Source: Raillietiella orientalis (lineage: Eukaryota). Taken from it: a stretch of DNA of 64,000 nt. Both the position numbers and the translations under genes were made by a program. The stretch spans positions 2,914,001 through 2,978,000 of the forward strand of contig JAYWIR010000017.1 of assembly GCA_036172245.1 (NCBI GenBank). Direction: 5' to 3'. The first letter of the stretch is position 1; every line of letters starts with the position of its first letter. Below, piece by piece: positions 14,001 to 26,000 of the stretch. Below the pieces are notes generated by a model. That model saw only the letters and a program-made list of their open reading frames with translations. It did not search any database and was not told the DNA's origin.

Positions 14001-17000
14001 CTCATTTCCTCCTTTTCCTTTCTAGGATCCACCTACCTCTCACGAGGAATCCTGCGTCTTCTATCCAAGTGCTCCCTGACTCTCTGCGCGCATTCCTTCT
14101 CTCCCTCCGCCTCCGGAGGTAACGGGAGGGGAAAAATCCCGAAAATAAGGCTTGCCCTCCCTCCAAAAGGGGGGAGGGGGGGAAGAGTCCCTGCGCTCAC
14201 CCGCCCCAGGAAATGACGGATGAGACGCGCGCGCGCGCGTTATTCCGTGGAACGTGACCTGAGACCTGCCTGGCAGGGGCGGGCATCCATCACGGGAACG
14301 ACAGCGGGAGGGGGGCGGAAGAGGAGGACGGGAAACGCCAGCCTCGCCCCATCTGGAAAAGCAGGCGATGGAGGAGGAGCAGCCCTTCGTCGCCCTGGAA
14401 GAGTCCAGAAGCCCGGAAACTTCCTTCTTTGTCTTTCCCTCGTCCCAAGAGCGCGGCTTTCGGGTGAGCTGCGCGCTCCGCTCAGCAGCCGGGAGGGGGA
14501 GGAAGCAAGTGGGGGAAGGAAGCGATGGCAGGGACGCCTCTGCCTCTCCATCAGATGGCCGCGGGTAGGACGAGGGAAGGGACCGGCAGAACATGCGTGG
14601 GAGACTCCGTGACCTTGAGAGCCCCGGGGAAAACGGTAGGCGACGATGCCTTCCCCTGCCTTTGGGTCTTCGGGATGCGCGAGGCGGATGGGGATGCTGG
14701 AACGGGGCCCGCCGGCAAATGCCGCCCGCTCGCCCCCTCCAGCATGGCTAATTGGACGCTTGCAGGCCGATCCTCCGAAAGCACCTTCTTCCCCCCCGTT
14801 GCTCCTCGGGTCTACCCACTTCCTCCCAGCTTCTGCACCGCTCACACGTGAGGGTCTGTCTCGGGGAGTCGATCGAGGCTCGGCTCGCTTTTTCCGGAGG
14901 GGAACGAGGCTGGCCACGGACGAAGAAATCTGACTGCGGTCTTTTAGGAGCTGCAGGCCGGTCCATCCCTGGGGGGATCGACCGACCGCAAACATCACCC
15001 GGAAGACTTGGTCTGCCGCCGTCGCCGTCCGGCCATCCTTCGTTTCGGTCCCTCTCCTTCTATCTTGCAGGTCCAGGCTCTGAGTCGGCGCTCTCTCAGG
15101 GCCTCCAGCAGGTCAAGGACGAATCCAGATCACCCCTGCGCGTCCACCCTTTCCGCCGGAGTCGGAGAACAGCGGTAGGAGAAAAGCTCTTCGGGGATGG
15201 GCTTCAGCCGCCGCCGCTTCTGCTGCCGCGCTCGCGATACGCCATCATCTTTCTCCCCTCGGCACGTCGTCGCTACAGGTTCAGGCTTGTCTTCGGGTAT
15301 GATTGATCCCCGCCTCGCACGAGAAGGGAGCTGCCGTCGCGTGTGCCAGAACAGAGGGGGGCGCGCGCGTCTTCGTGTCGCTTCGCCTGCGCTGGAGCGA
15401 CGCTCTCGCGACCGCCACGCGATACGTCCCGGAGGCGGGAGGGTTGGGGGTGGGGCATGCCCCACGCACTCTCCGAGCCCCTATCCTCGCAAGACCAGCG
15501 CGTCGCACGCTCTTCTGCCACGGTTGCCGCCTCTCGGCAGCCGCCGCACGCCTTCCGGGCGCGAACGCAGGAGTTCCCTCGCGTCCCTCTCTCGCACCCC
15601 GGCGAGTGGATCCCGGGAGGAAAATTGCCGATTGCGGAGGACGGGTGGGCGAGCAGCATGCGGCTCGATGCGTCCCTCCCCTTCCCCCAACGCGCGCCGA
15701 GGAAGGAGACACGCCCTCCGCCTGGACCGGGAGCTACTCACCTTCCCTCAGTGTGATGATGAAGAAGGACTCCAGGCTCGGGTGGCTGCGACCCAGAGCG
15801 TTCACCCCTGCGACCCGAAAGCTGTATATCGTGAAAGGCCGCAGGTTGTTCACCAGGTATTTGGTGTCGTTGGTGGCCGTGACCAGGGGATGTTCTTCGT
15901 CCCACTGACCGTACTCCCCGATTCTGAAAGGGAACACTGCCGTCTCACTGCCGTTCTCGAATGCCGGAAAACTTCAAAAACAAACAAGCAAACAGTGCAA
16001 CCGAGGTCGCAGCATTTGCTCCTGAAGGAACACGCGGTGCGGCGGCGACCTTGCGAACAGGCGACCGGGGCAGCTGCCCAGAGAGTTGCTAGGGAAAACC
16101 GGAAGGTCAGACGCGCCTTCTTCAGTCCTGACAAGACGTTCCTTTCCGAAAGCGGAAGCAAATCAATGCCTCGAATGGGTGGATAAGGAAGAGATCTGAG
16201 AGTGCCATAGAAACCAAACCCTCGCGATTCCAGGGCTGGAGGGAAAACGGGACAGGGAGCAGAGGGCGGCCCAGCGACTGCGGCCGCCTCTTTGAGAAAG
16301 TGGATCTGGGTTTCGGGAGGAGTAGTGACGTAGATTATGGCAACGATGGCCAGGCCGTTCCGCGATGCTCGGCGCACGACGGATGAAGGTCGACGCCGAC
16401 AGGGTCCGCCCCACGGGTGGGTTATTGGCCCACCAGAGCGCTTTTCTGCAGGTCCTTTCCCCCCATTTCCTCAAATTCCCGACCGAAGGAAAGGGCCTGC
16501 GAGTTGACCGGCCTGTTTCTTCTCCTCGCGGCAGCCTCGGTGCGGAGGAACCGTCTCCGCCAGAGTCCTCCATCCCTGCTCCCTCTTGAGAACCGCGAGT
16601 CAATAGCATAGGCAGGAAAAAGAAGGGCAGGAGGGCATACAAGACCGAGGTAGACCGAGTAGCAAGATGCAGGATGCATCGTTTTCTTCCAAGCTGCCAT
16701 CTGGAAGTGGTGCTGCGAAAGATGCAGTCTGCGCAGGGAGACGGGAGGATGAGGAGGAAGAGAGGGAAAAAAAAGAAAAAGAAGAGAAGGAAGAGAGGAG
16801 CTTGGCGTCACAGGTAGGGGGCAGTCAACGACTAACCGACACAGGGCACGGGGGAGTCTATCGACGCAGGATGAATAACCAGCAGAGTGAGCGCTCCTTC
16901 AAGAAAGCTTGCCGTCTGTAATTTCGTGGCTCCTGGATAGTCACTGGGGCCAGGGGAGAAGAGAACGTGGCAAGAGGGAACTCGCGCGCACTCGAGAGAT

Positions 17001-20000
17001 ATTGGTTCGGATGCAGCCGATGCTGGATCAAATGAGAGATCCGCATCCGTCCACGAGACTGGTCAGGAGTGAGGTCACTCACTTGCGGTACAGAAGATAA
17101 TGGAGAATAGAGCTGTGGTGCGTTTCCCCTGGAGCCCAGGACAGGTTCACAGACTTGGAGTCGAATGCAAGGACCATCGGTCTACCAGGAGGTCCAGGAA
17201 TATCTAAAAAGGCGAGAGAAAAATCAATCTGAGCTCCCAAATTCAAGAATCAGAACGGGCAGGACATGAGGCCCGGAGTGTTTGCACCGACGCGCTCCGC
17301 CCCGGGTCTACCGTCAAACGGAGGAGCTCCAGGAAAAGCGCATGCATTCCTGGAGCGCTGCGAGCTTTGGCGAGGGTCGGGCGGCGAAGGCGGATCAGCT
17401 CCCGATTTCCGACATTCCTGCCCTTGGTTCCCCAATGAGCTCGAGGGGTTTTTCCAGAGGGAGGAGGGGAAGGAACTCATCCCTACAGCCTCCGGAAGAA
17501 GACCTAGCCGGAACATTTCGAGTCTGACAACAGGCCGGAGGACCGAGCAACAACATGCCAGTCATTCCAAGGGCCAACTCTTTCGCTGAGGGTCGAATCT
17601 TTGCTCGAGTCCACCGTCTCCGATTCGGAGTAGGGGAACGAGTCCCACATCCGTCACCGTGTTTGCTTTGGGACTCTCAAACAACCTCGGCTGCCTGCTT
17701 GACAGCGCGGCAGCAGACGGATCACCCGAGCACCCCGTCACTGTTTACCACGCGAGGACGGAAAAATTTTCCGCGTTTCTTTCGATAGGATGCGAGGAGG
17801 TTCCCTTACGAGAGTGATGCCGGCATTGCAAAGGATGGCGTTCCCTGATCGTTCCTTCTCGCGCTCTCATCAAGGCATCCTGACAGGCCGCTGTGGCGGG
17901 CCGATCGATGGGTTGCCGTGCCGCCTGACTCCTTCCCTCTACGCTTTTCTCCCGACTGCGTTTCCCGGGAAACGCGTTGCCCATTGCCGAGGTAGCTTCG
18001 AAAACTTCGCCTCCACCCGGTTGCGAGCGAAAAGTTTCCCCGGAGACGAAGTTCCCCCTCAAGGCTGCCGAGGATTCGTGTTCTTTTTGGAACCACGAGC
18101 ACACACGCCCCCAGCCCCACGCCGACAAGTCCTCTTTCAGACGCTCTTCCAGTGAGCCACGCATTTTCTCGAGAGAAGAGGGGGATGGGGGAAGGAGGGG
18201 GGAGCTCAGCGTGTTTGCTCTTTAACTCTCGAGTGCCAACTCTCGGTGGCCAGCTGTATCCGCAGCAGCCACTGCGGCACTTCGAGGAAAAAAATTGTGC
18301 CTAGCGTCGGGGGTTCGAATCCCACCCGGGGAAGGATGGATCGACGTCAGAGAAAGGCGCGCGCGTGCCGTGGGTTTCGAGCTTCCCCCGCAGGGCGACG
18401 CTGGTTGGCCTATTCGGGTGCAGCGGCACTGGTGGAGGTCGGACGTCCACGCTGAATGATCGGGATTGGAAGTCGACCTTCCAGGTTCTTCCAAGAACAA
18501 AGAAGCCCTTCGAGGTCTCCCTCCGGTTGTGAAAGTGGAGACATTGCCATGGAGCTGGTTGATGCTCCCCTCGGGGAGTTGCCACTCCAGGGTGTAGGGA
18601 GCTCTCTGCTCCCCTCGGGGTTCTCTTCAGAGGAAGAGGAAACGAGGAGCGGTTCCCTTGCGGGTTCCCTTCGGAGAAGTAAGAAGCGGCCCCCTTCGGG
18701 GCTAGGGACTCCTCCAGAGAGAATAAACAAGGGATTACCTCCCAAGCTGGGAGAGTGACGGACTCCTTCCGCCTTCGGAGCCTTCCTGGATTCACAGGGT
18801 GGTCTCTATGGGGTTGCTCCCTAGCTTGAAGGGGGGCAAGCACCCTTGGGTGGCGTGGACAGCTTTAAGGAGCTTCATGGGTCCCCTCAGGAAGGCGAAC
18901 GGCTCTTCAGCACTTGGCGAACGAATAAAAAAAAAAGTTTCAAAGGCACATGCGTCGGCGCCAAGGCAACGGCTTCCACAAGTCCCCATCCAAATTCCTT
19001 GCCGAGACGAAAAGACGTCCAAGGCTTCCTCGGTCTCCAGCTCCTCTGCGAGCCCACCGCTTCGGAGTCTGGCCGGTCATTTCCTGTTCCCTTGCGTTCC
19101 TCGCGTTGCCTCCGTGGGGTTGACGAGCGCTTTTGTATCCGGGAACCCCTCGTTCCCCGGAATCCGACTGCATTTACCCCCGCCCCCGAAAACAAGGAAG
19201 GGGGGGGGGGAGCGGAGGCGAAGTCAGAGCACGGGGCAAAGGATGCAGCGAGGGAGGAGCGAGTGTCTCTGTGACGCGAGTAGTCTTTGGGTTGCTTTGG
19301 ATTCGCGTCAGGTGCTGCTCGAGCGGGCAGCAATCACACAGCGATTAAATTTCTCAAATGAGGGCCCGGGCTCATTTCCGCTGCCCCCCACCAAGGTCTT
19401 TCCTGCGAAGGAAAGCAGCGAATTAAGGAGGCAGCATGGGGATGTATTAACGAAACCATTACTCCCCATCGGATGCACGGCGCGTGATTACTGCCGAAGC
19501 GTTAATTAGAGATATCCCGGCAGGTCTTTCCCACGGCGGGTCCACTTGCGTAATTCGGTGTTCCCTCCAGACGCGGGAGGGAGGAGGAGGAGGGACAAAG
19601 GGGCGCGTGGACCTCCCTCGCTCCGGTGCAGCGGGCACGCCCGCATCCGCGATCCCTTTCGAGCCGGCGGACAGCGAAAGCGCGATGGAGCGGGGGAAGG
19701 GGGGGAGAGCTCAACAGGGGAAGGGACGACGGCGCCAAATAATCCCTCGTGGATCTTTCGGCCCGCGAGCCGACGACTGCTGGGCTCCGGCCGGGACGGG
19801 AGGAGGCAGGGCGACGCGAGCGGGACGCGCTCGCTCGCGCGCGCTTTCCCATGATTAATGAAGGATAATTCAAAACGCGATCCGGAATATCAGCTCCAGG
19901 AGTCGAGGGACAGCTTTCGAAGCGGGGAAGCTGCTCGCCGGGAGAGTGCGCTCCCAGGCACCCGAAAAGACACGGAATGCGCGCGTCTCATCAGGAATGC

Positions 20001-23000
20001 GGGCTACGCAAGAACCGAATGGGAGAGCTAATTACGTTTCTCGAGGACAACACAGGGCGGCCATCTTCCCATCGTTACAATTTGGTTTATCATAATTACG
20101 TCTCTGGCTGCGCGGAAGGAGAGCGAGGCTTCCTGACAGCTACTAAAACGGGAAACTTATTTATTAATACAGAAAGAATATAAATAATAGTAACTGCCCG
20201 ATGAAAGTGCCGGATAAAAATCAGCTGATAAGGGAAATCGATTTTGCGGAGGATTCCGGGTACGGCAGAAGTCGTCCGCCCGCCCTCCCGGTGGATTGGA
20301 TGCAGGGGAAAACCTTTCAAACGGGAATGGGGGACCTCCACGGCGCAGGACGTCCGTCCTTCCTTGCCTGTTGTTGGGAGTTACTCGTCCGTGTCGGCGG
20401 GTGGGACCGTTGGCGAGAAAACGGTTTTTGCTCGGTGGTTGCTGCGTTCGCGGCAGCACCGCCCCCCGTTCCGGAGTGCAGGGCGTCGAACGTCGCGGCG
20501 TGACGCCGGGAATCGGTGGCGGCGGCAGCGTCTCTTCCAGGAGCGCCAGGAAGGAAACGAAGCTCCCTGGGTAGTGGAGGTGAGGATCGAAATCCGGGAA
20601 TAGGAGACTGGAAAATCCCAGGAAGTTCTCTTTCCGAAGGCGATTGACTGGGATAAGGGCACGCCGGTCCGAAGGAACCTGCTTGGTCCAGCATGCAGTT
20701 CCTCCAAAATGACGTCCTTTTGGAGGAAGTGTCTCCACCTTCCTCGGATTCCCTGCGGCCTCCAGAGATTTTTCGATCTATCCTTGCTTGCACCTCCGGA
20801 CCAGAAAAAGCCTCGCTCGGAAACGATCTGCACACGCAGCCTCTGGAGCTTCATCTCCAGAATTCTCACGCTGTTCGTCTGCAGGTGTCTTTTCCAACGC
20901 GGTCTCCGTTGCTCCCGGAGGAAAGGAGAAGCAGTTAACCGGCTTTGGACTGTCAGCGCGAAGCGGACGTGTGCAGCCGCTGCCACTGCGGAGTTCACAG
21001 CTCCCCCTGCATCTCCGAGTGATTTGTGAGCACTCGTGCTACACTCCCGGACGACGCGCGGATCACCCAACTTCAAAAGAGCCCAAGGCGACCGGCCTCC
21101 GCTCCCCAGAGACCGGTCCAGAGCACTCGGTCCGCAAGGGACGCAGACCGGAGAACTGGAGGGAAGAAACTCGGGGGAAGAGGAGACACTGCTAGGCGAC
21201 AACCCGGATTGCAAGAAGGGATCGAAAGGAGTCGGCCGTAGGCACTGCTTTTTTTCGACCACAGAAACACAAAAACAAGAGGGCTCGCGCATCTCCTCTG
21301 TGGCAGGACACGAAGAGCACGAATTCGATGGATGCGGCTTGACCACTGTCGAACCAGACAGAACGCTCCTACCCTCCTGGAGGCTTCGAAGATTCCGTTC
21401 TGAGTGATTCCGTCCACGACCAGAAGTATCTACAGGAGCAGCACTTGAGTGGATCCGCGAGACCACCGGCGGGGCGCGGCAGGATCCACTCCCGTCGCTT
21501 CTTGCTTGCCGACCGCCCCGGTCGCCGAGGGGAGGCTGGCGGTTGCTGCGCGACTGCGCCGATTTGCCCGGCGGGCAGGCGATGCCTGCAAACGCCTGGA
21601 ACCCGAAGACCTCGAGGAACAGGCGCACTCTTGCAGGCGGATCACGGTGCTGCCGCGCGCAGCTTTCTTAGCGGCCGTCACAGACCGGCGAGGCGCGCGC
21701 AAACGTCCGCGGACAAGCAGCGGAGGGTCGTGGAGAGGGAGGAGGATGAAAACGAAAGCGTGGGGGAGAGGATGCTTCCGCTGGAGGGCGTCACCGCACG
21801 ATCTCGGACTGCAAGACAAGAGAATACCGGGAGAAGGGAGGATCTGCATTATCGAAATGCCTTTAGCAAGAGAGAGGCTGCAGGAAGACAAGCCTTCGAC
21901 AGGGGGAATTCCATCCCCCCCTCCCCTCTCCTTACCTCCCTCCCCAAGCGGCTACGAGACCGCCTTCGTCCAGACGCGTGACCTTATGAAGAAGAAAGGG
22001 ACGCCTCCCTTCAGGCACGGAAGAACAAAAATCCCTCCCGACTGGAGTTCGTCTTGCCCCCGGGGTCCCGCTGCGAGCCCTGGCAGCCAACGAGAGTCGC
22101 TTTTGGATTGTGGGGGAGCGAAGTGCTCCTCCACCTCTCTCACCCAGCTCCTCCACCTGGGAGGCCATCCATTTAAGGGGAAGGCAGGGAACGCGGGTTC
22201 TGGGGTTTCGTACGCATACGCTCCCTGCCTCTGCGGAGGGGTCACCCGCGAGCTGCGTGTGGCGGCGGCGCTCGGAGGAACAAATGTCCTCTGTAATCTA
22301 TTTGTTTTGGGCTACCCATGGAGGAAAGCAGAATCTTCTTATTTATGGCCGTTCGTGTTTACGCTGCTCGCGCGTTCTTGTGGGCGCAAGGAACGACGGG
22401 CGCTGGATTCTCGCTAGGGGAGAAGCCAGCCCTCCCACCAGAGGAAATGGAAAACTGATTCCGAGCAGATGAACGAAGGGAGTAGGAGAGATGCCCGCCG
22501 CAGCCGCCCAGAGGGCGAAATTCGGGTCAGGAGACCTCTCGCGGTCACGAGCTGCGGCGCAGGCACGATTCCGCTCGCCACCACCCCCAGCTACCCTTCC
22601 TCTCCCCGCGCGCTTTTGTCGTGGGTTGCGGGATGGAGCTGTTATTGAGATGTTTTCTCCCTCCCGCGAGGGAAGAGGACGGAATGGAGCGATTACGCAG
22701 GGAGAGCAGGCGGGGGAAGAGATGCGTAATTGATGTGCCCGATGGGTGGCGTGGAAGAGTAATGAAAGCCTGAAGCCTTTCAAGAGTGGCCGCGCCGCTC
22801 CGCCACCACGGGAAAAACCCGCCTCGCTGAAGGTGGGTTCTTCCCCTTTGAGTGGCTTCTAATGGAAACGTTGAAAAGGTAATTTCTGTTTTCGCCCAGC
22901 TCGAATTGCCGGTCAATCAGGAAGTTCCTTTCCTCCCGGAGAAAATAACTTTCTCCCCCGTCCCTCCCTCCTCCCAGCTCGCGCGCGCTTTTTCCTCCTC

Positions 23001-26000
23001 CTCTCTTCTGGGTCTCCGCGGCTCCCGCGCGCACGCCGTCATGCCCCCCCGCGTACCTCGCACGACGAGCTTGACGACCCTTTCCGGGAAGGGCCTTCCG
23101 TTCACCAGGCAGCTGTATTCTCCGCTGTCCTCGAAGACGGCAGGTGTGAAGACCAGAGCGTAGGATTCCAGGTCCAGGCTCATGCGGTTCTCGTTGCCGT
23201 GCAGGCTGACCACTTTCTCCTGGTACTCCACGAGCAGTACCTCGCCGGCGGCCACCGAGCCGTCATCCTGGAGACAGCCGGAACATCTCCACTCCAGCGT
23301 CAGGACGAAGGCCTGCTCCGCCAGGCCGGGGCACGTCAGGGAGAGGTTCTGACCTCCGTCCCCGACGACGGTATCCACCAGCAGGGACGTCATGTCTGTT
23401 CAGATCAGGGAAAAAGAACAGGGGAGTTACAATCGTGGCAGAGAGCGTATTTTAGCAGCAAGTTCCTCGAGGATCGCCCCATCCTCTTCCCCCCCCCCCC
23501 CAAAAAAAAAAAACCCTGGCCGGGGTTAGTGACCTCAGCTCCGAGGTCAGACTTTCAAATTCCCGATTTCCTTCGCGAGCACTGGTGGGGAGCCGCTTGG
23601 TGGTTCATATTCGTACGAACCCATTACTGGTCCAGAAGATCAGGAAGGAAGTCCACGGTTTCGGCGCCAAGACGCCAAGGGAATTTCGTAAGGGTGTGGA
23701 AAAAGCAAGCAAGCGGATCGGGAAGCAGCAGGGGAGGAAGGAGGAGGGAAGGCAGGATGACGAGGAAAAAAACAACCGAAATGTTCCCCATAGAGGAAGG
23801 CCTGCGCTAGGGCGGGGAGGGCGTCTTTTGACCGCTGGAACAAAAAGCGCACGATCCGCGAAAGAAGTGCCTCCCTTTCCCCTTTTCGCCAGTCCACCCA
23901 ACCCCTCGGTCGCAATGGACGCCTTGCTTCCCGAGCACCACGCTCCCCTCGGCCAATTATTTATTCCTGCTTTCTTGGAGGTTCCCGGCTGCTTTCGGCA
24001 ATCCTCGAGATGATTTACAGGCACAAACGTTTGCTGGAGAGGCATTCTCCCATCTGTGGGGACGAAAGCGCACGACGCGGCGTTCTCCCCCATCGGGTTA
24101 CCTCCCGTTCTCCCTCCTCCCCCTTCCTTCCCTCACTTGTGCATCCGCACAAGCGCCGCCACTTCCTTGGGAGAGAGAGAGAGAGAGAGAGAGAGGAATT
24201 TCCAGGTCGCCGAAGACGGATTTCGTCACGCCGTTTTTCGAACCCACAGCTGCGGAAACCTGAGAGGTCCCTTCGCATGCGGTGGCGCACTCCTCCCTGC
24301 ACCCTGAGGGCGGCGGCGGGGGACCAATCCGCCGCGCAGCCACCTCGACTCCGGTGCTCCCTCCTTCCACGTAATCACGAAACCTCCTCCTCCCCTGCAA
24401 CCGCGCACGCCAGGCGACTGGACACGTGCGGCGGCGGCGGAGACTTCCATCCGTGCGCGCGACTCGCGCCAGACTCGTCGACGGTGCGGCCGCGTGCAGC
24501 GTGTGCACATGCTGTGCGCTTCACGTTGCACACGGGATGCGCATCGAAGAGCGCGCGAACGCGGCACACGCGCGTCACCGTGCCACACAAATGTCTGACG
24601 CGTGGGTGCGCGCGTGCGTTTCGGGGAACGCTTTTGTGAGTGCCGTGCATTTCGGCACGCTGCCTTTCGTTGGCGCGCAGGTGTGCACGCTTGCACACAC
24701 GTCGTCGGGAAGCGCTTTGGGATCCGCATGGGACACGTTCCGAACTGGCTCTCTCCTGAAAGTCACGCTGCAGATTTTGAGAAAAGCACGTGCGTCCCGG
24801 TTGAGCTCCTGCGGTCTTTCTGCGGTAGTCAGGAAGGCTCGCGGAAAAATGGACGGTGGGAAAAAGCAGCTGCCTGCTTTCTGTGAGACACTTGCGGCAT
24901 CCGAAACGCATTTCTTGAATCTGAACCCGCTCTCGAGGACGCCATAAGGATGTTCCCGGGAAGGGATTTCAAGACGCCTGTCGTTGTGCAATCGTTTCTT
25001 CCCTTTCCATCCTGCCATCCTGGTCAGTGTGACCCCATTCGGCATCCCAGAGAGATGGGAACACGGGGCGGGAGGGGTTCTTCCCATCTCCAGGCAACTC
25101 GAAACCTCGAATGTGCGTTCACGTGGAGGAGGCATGCGGCGGCGTACCTCTTGTGCGAGGTTCGCAGGAATCGCCTCCTGGTGCGCCCTTCTCTGTGGCA
25201 GCTGGATGACGTGCATCACCGCAGTTTGAAAGTGACTCGCTGGGACAGCTCCGCAGGGCTCCACATCGCGTGAGATGACCCCTCCTGCTCTCGAAGACGT
25301 TCTCACGTGAAACGCTGTCTTAGGCAGACGATGATGCTGAACGAGGAACAGGAACTTGGAGGGCCACAAAGACACACACACACACCGACGGATCTTCTCC
25401 TCTCCTGCTGCACCCTCGACCACGCCACAGACTGTTCCAGCTCTTTTAAGGAACAGGTAGGCATAGCGCACCTTCCATTTGATCAGGAATCCATCTTTGT
25501 GCACGACGCCTTTCGTGTACCGCGGTGGAAGTTCGTGAACAAAGTAAAGGGCAAAGGGGAAAGGGAAAAGAAAAAAAAGGATCGTGTGGATACGCGGCCG
25601 AAGTATTCCAAAAGAGAGCACCTTCCGAGCTCCGTACCAATGGACCACCTAGGAAGTGAAGTTGGTGCTTTCGCTCCGAAAACGCCGCGCCTCTCTAGGA
25701 GCGCAAGCGCAAAGGATTGGTCCTTGTCTGCCCCGGACACGAAAATCAGAAAGAACATCAAGAGAAGAATCCTTTTCTTCAAGCACGGAATTTTCTGGTC
25801 TCTCTCGCGTTGCGATCCGAGTCGATGCTGGCAAGTCGCGGCGTGCATGACGTACACGAAGAGGACGCGGAAACCCAGGAGTTCCGTTAGTGCTCGGACG
25901 GTGCGGCGCAGGCGTTGCGCAAGTTTGAGGAGCAGAAGAGCACTCGCTGATGAACCGGATGTTACGGCGACAACAACAGTCCCTGTGCTAACCAACACGG

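Noticed and set aside
18290..18340. tRNA gene
   Set aside because: Only the T-arm is present; no cloverleaf can be folded.
25440..25530. [20 protein letters not shown] resembling a PH-domain start
   Set aside because: Short, with no continuation of the fold and no supporting splice structure.
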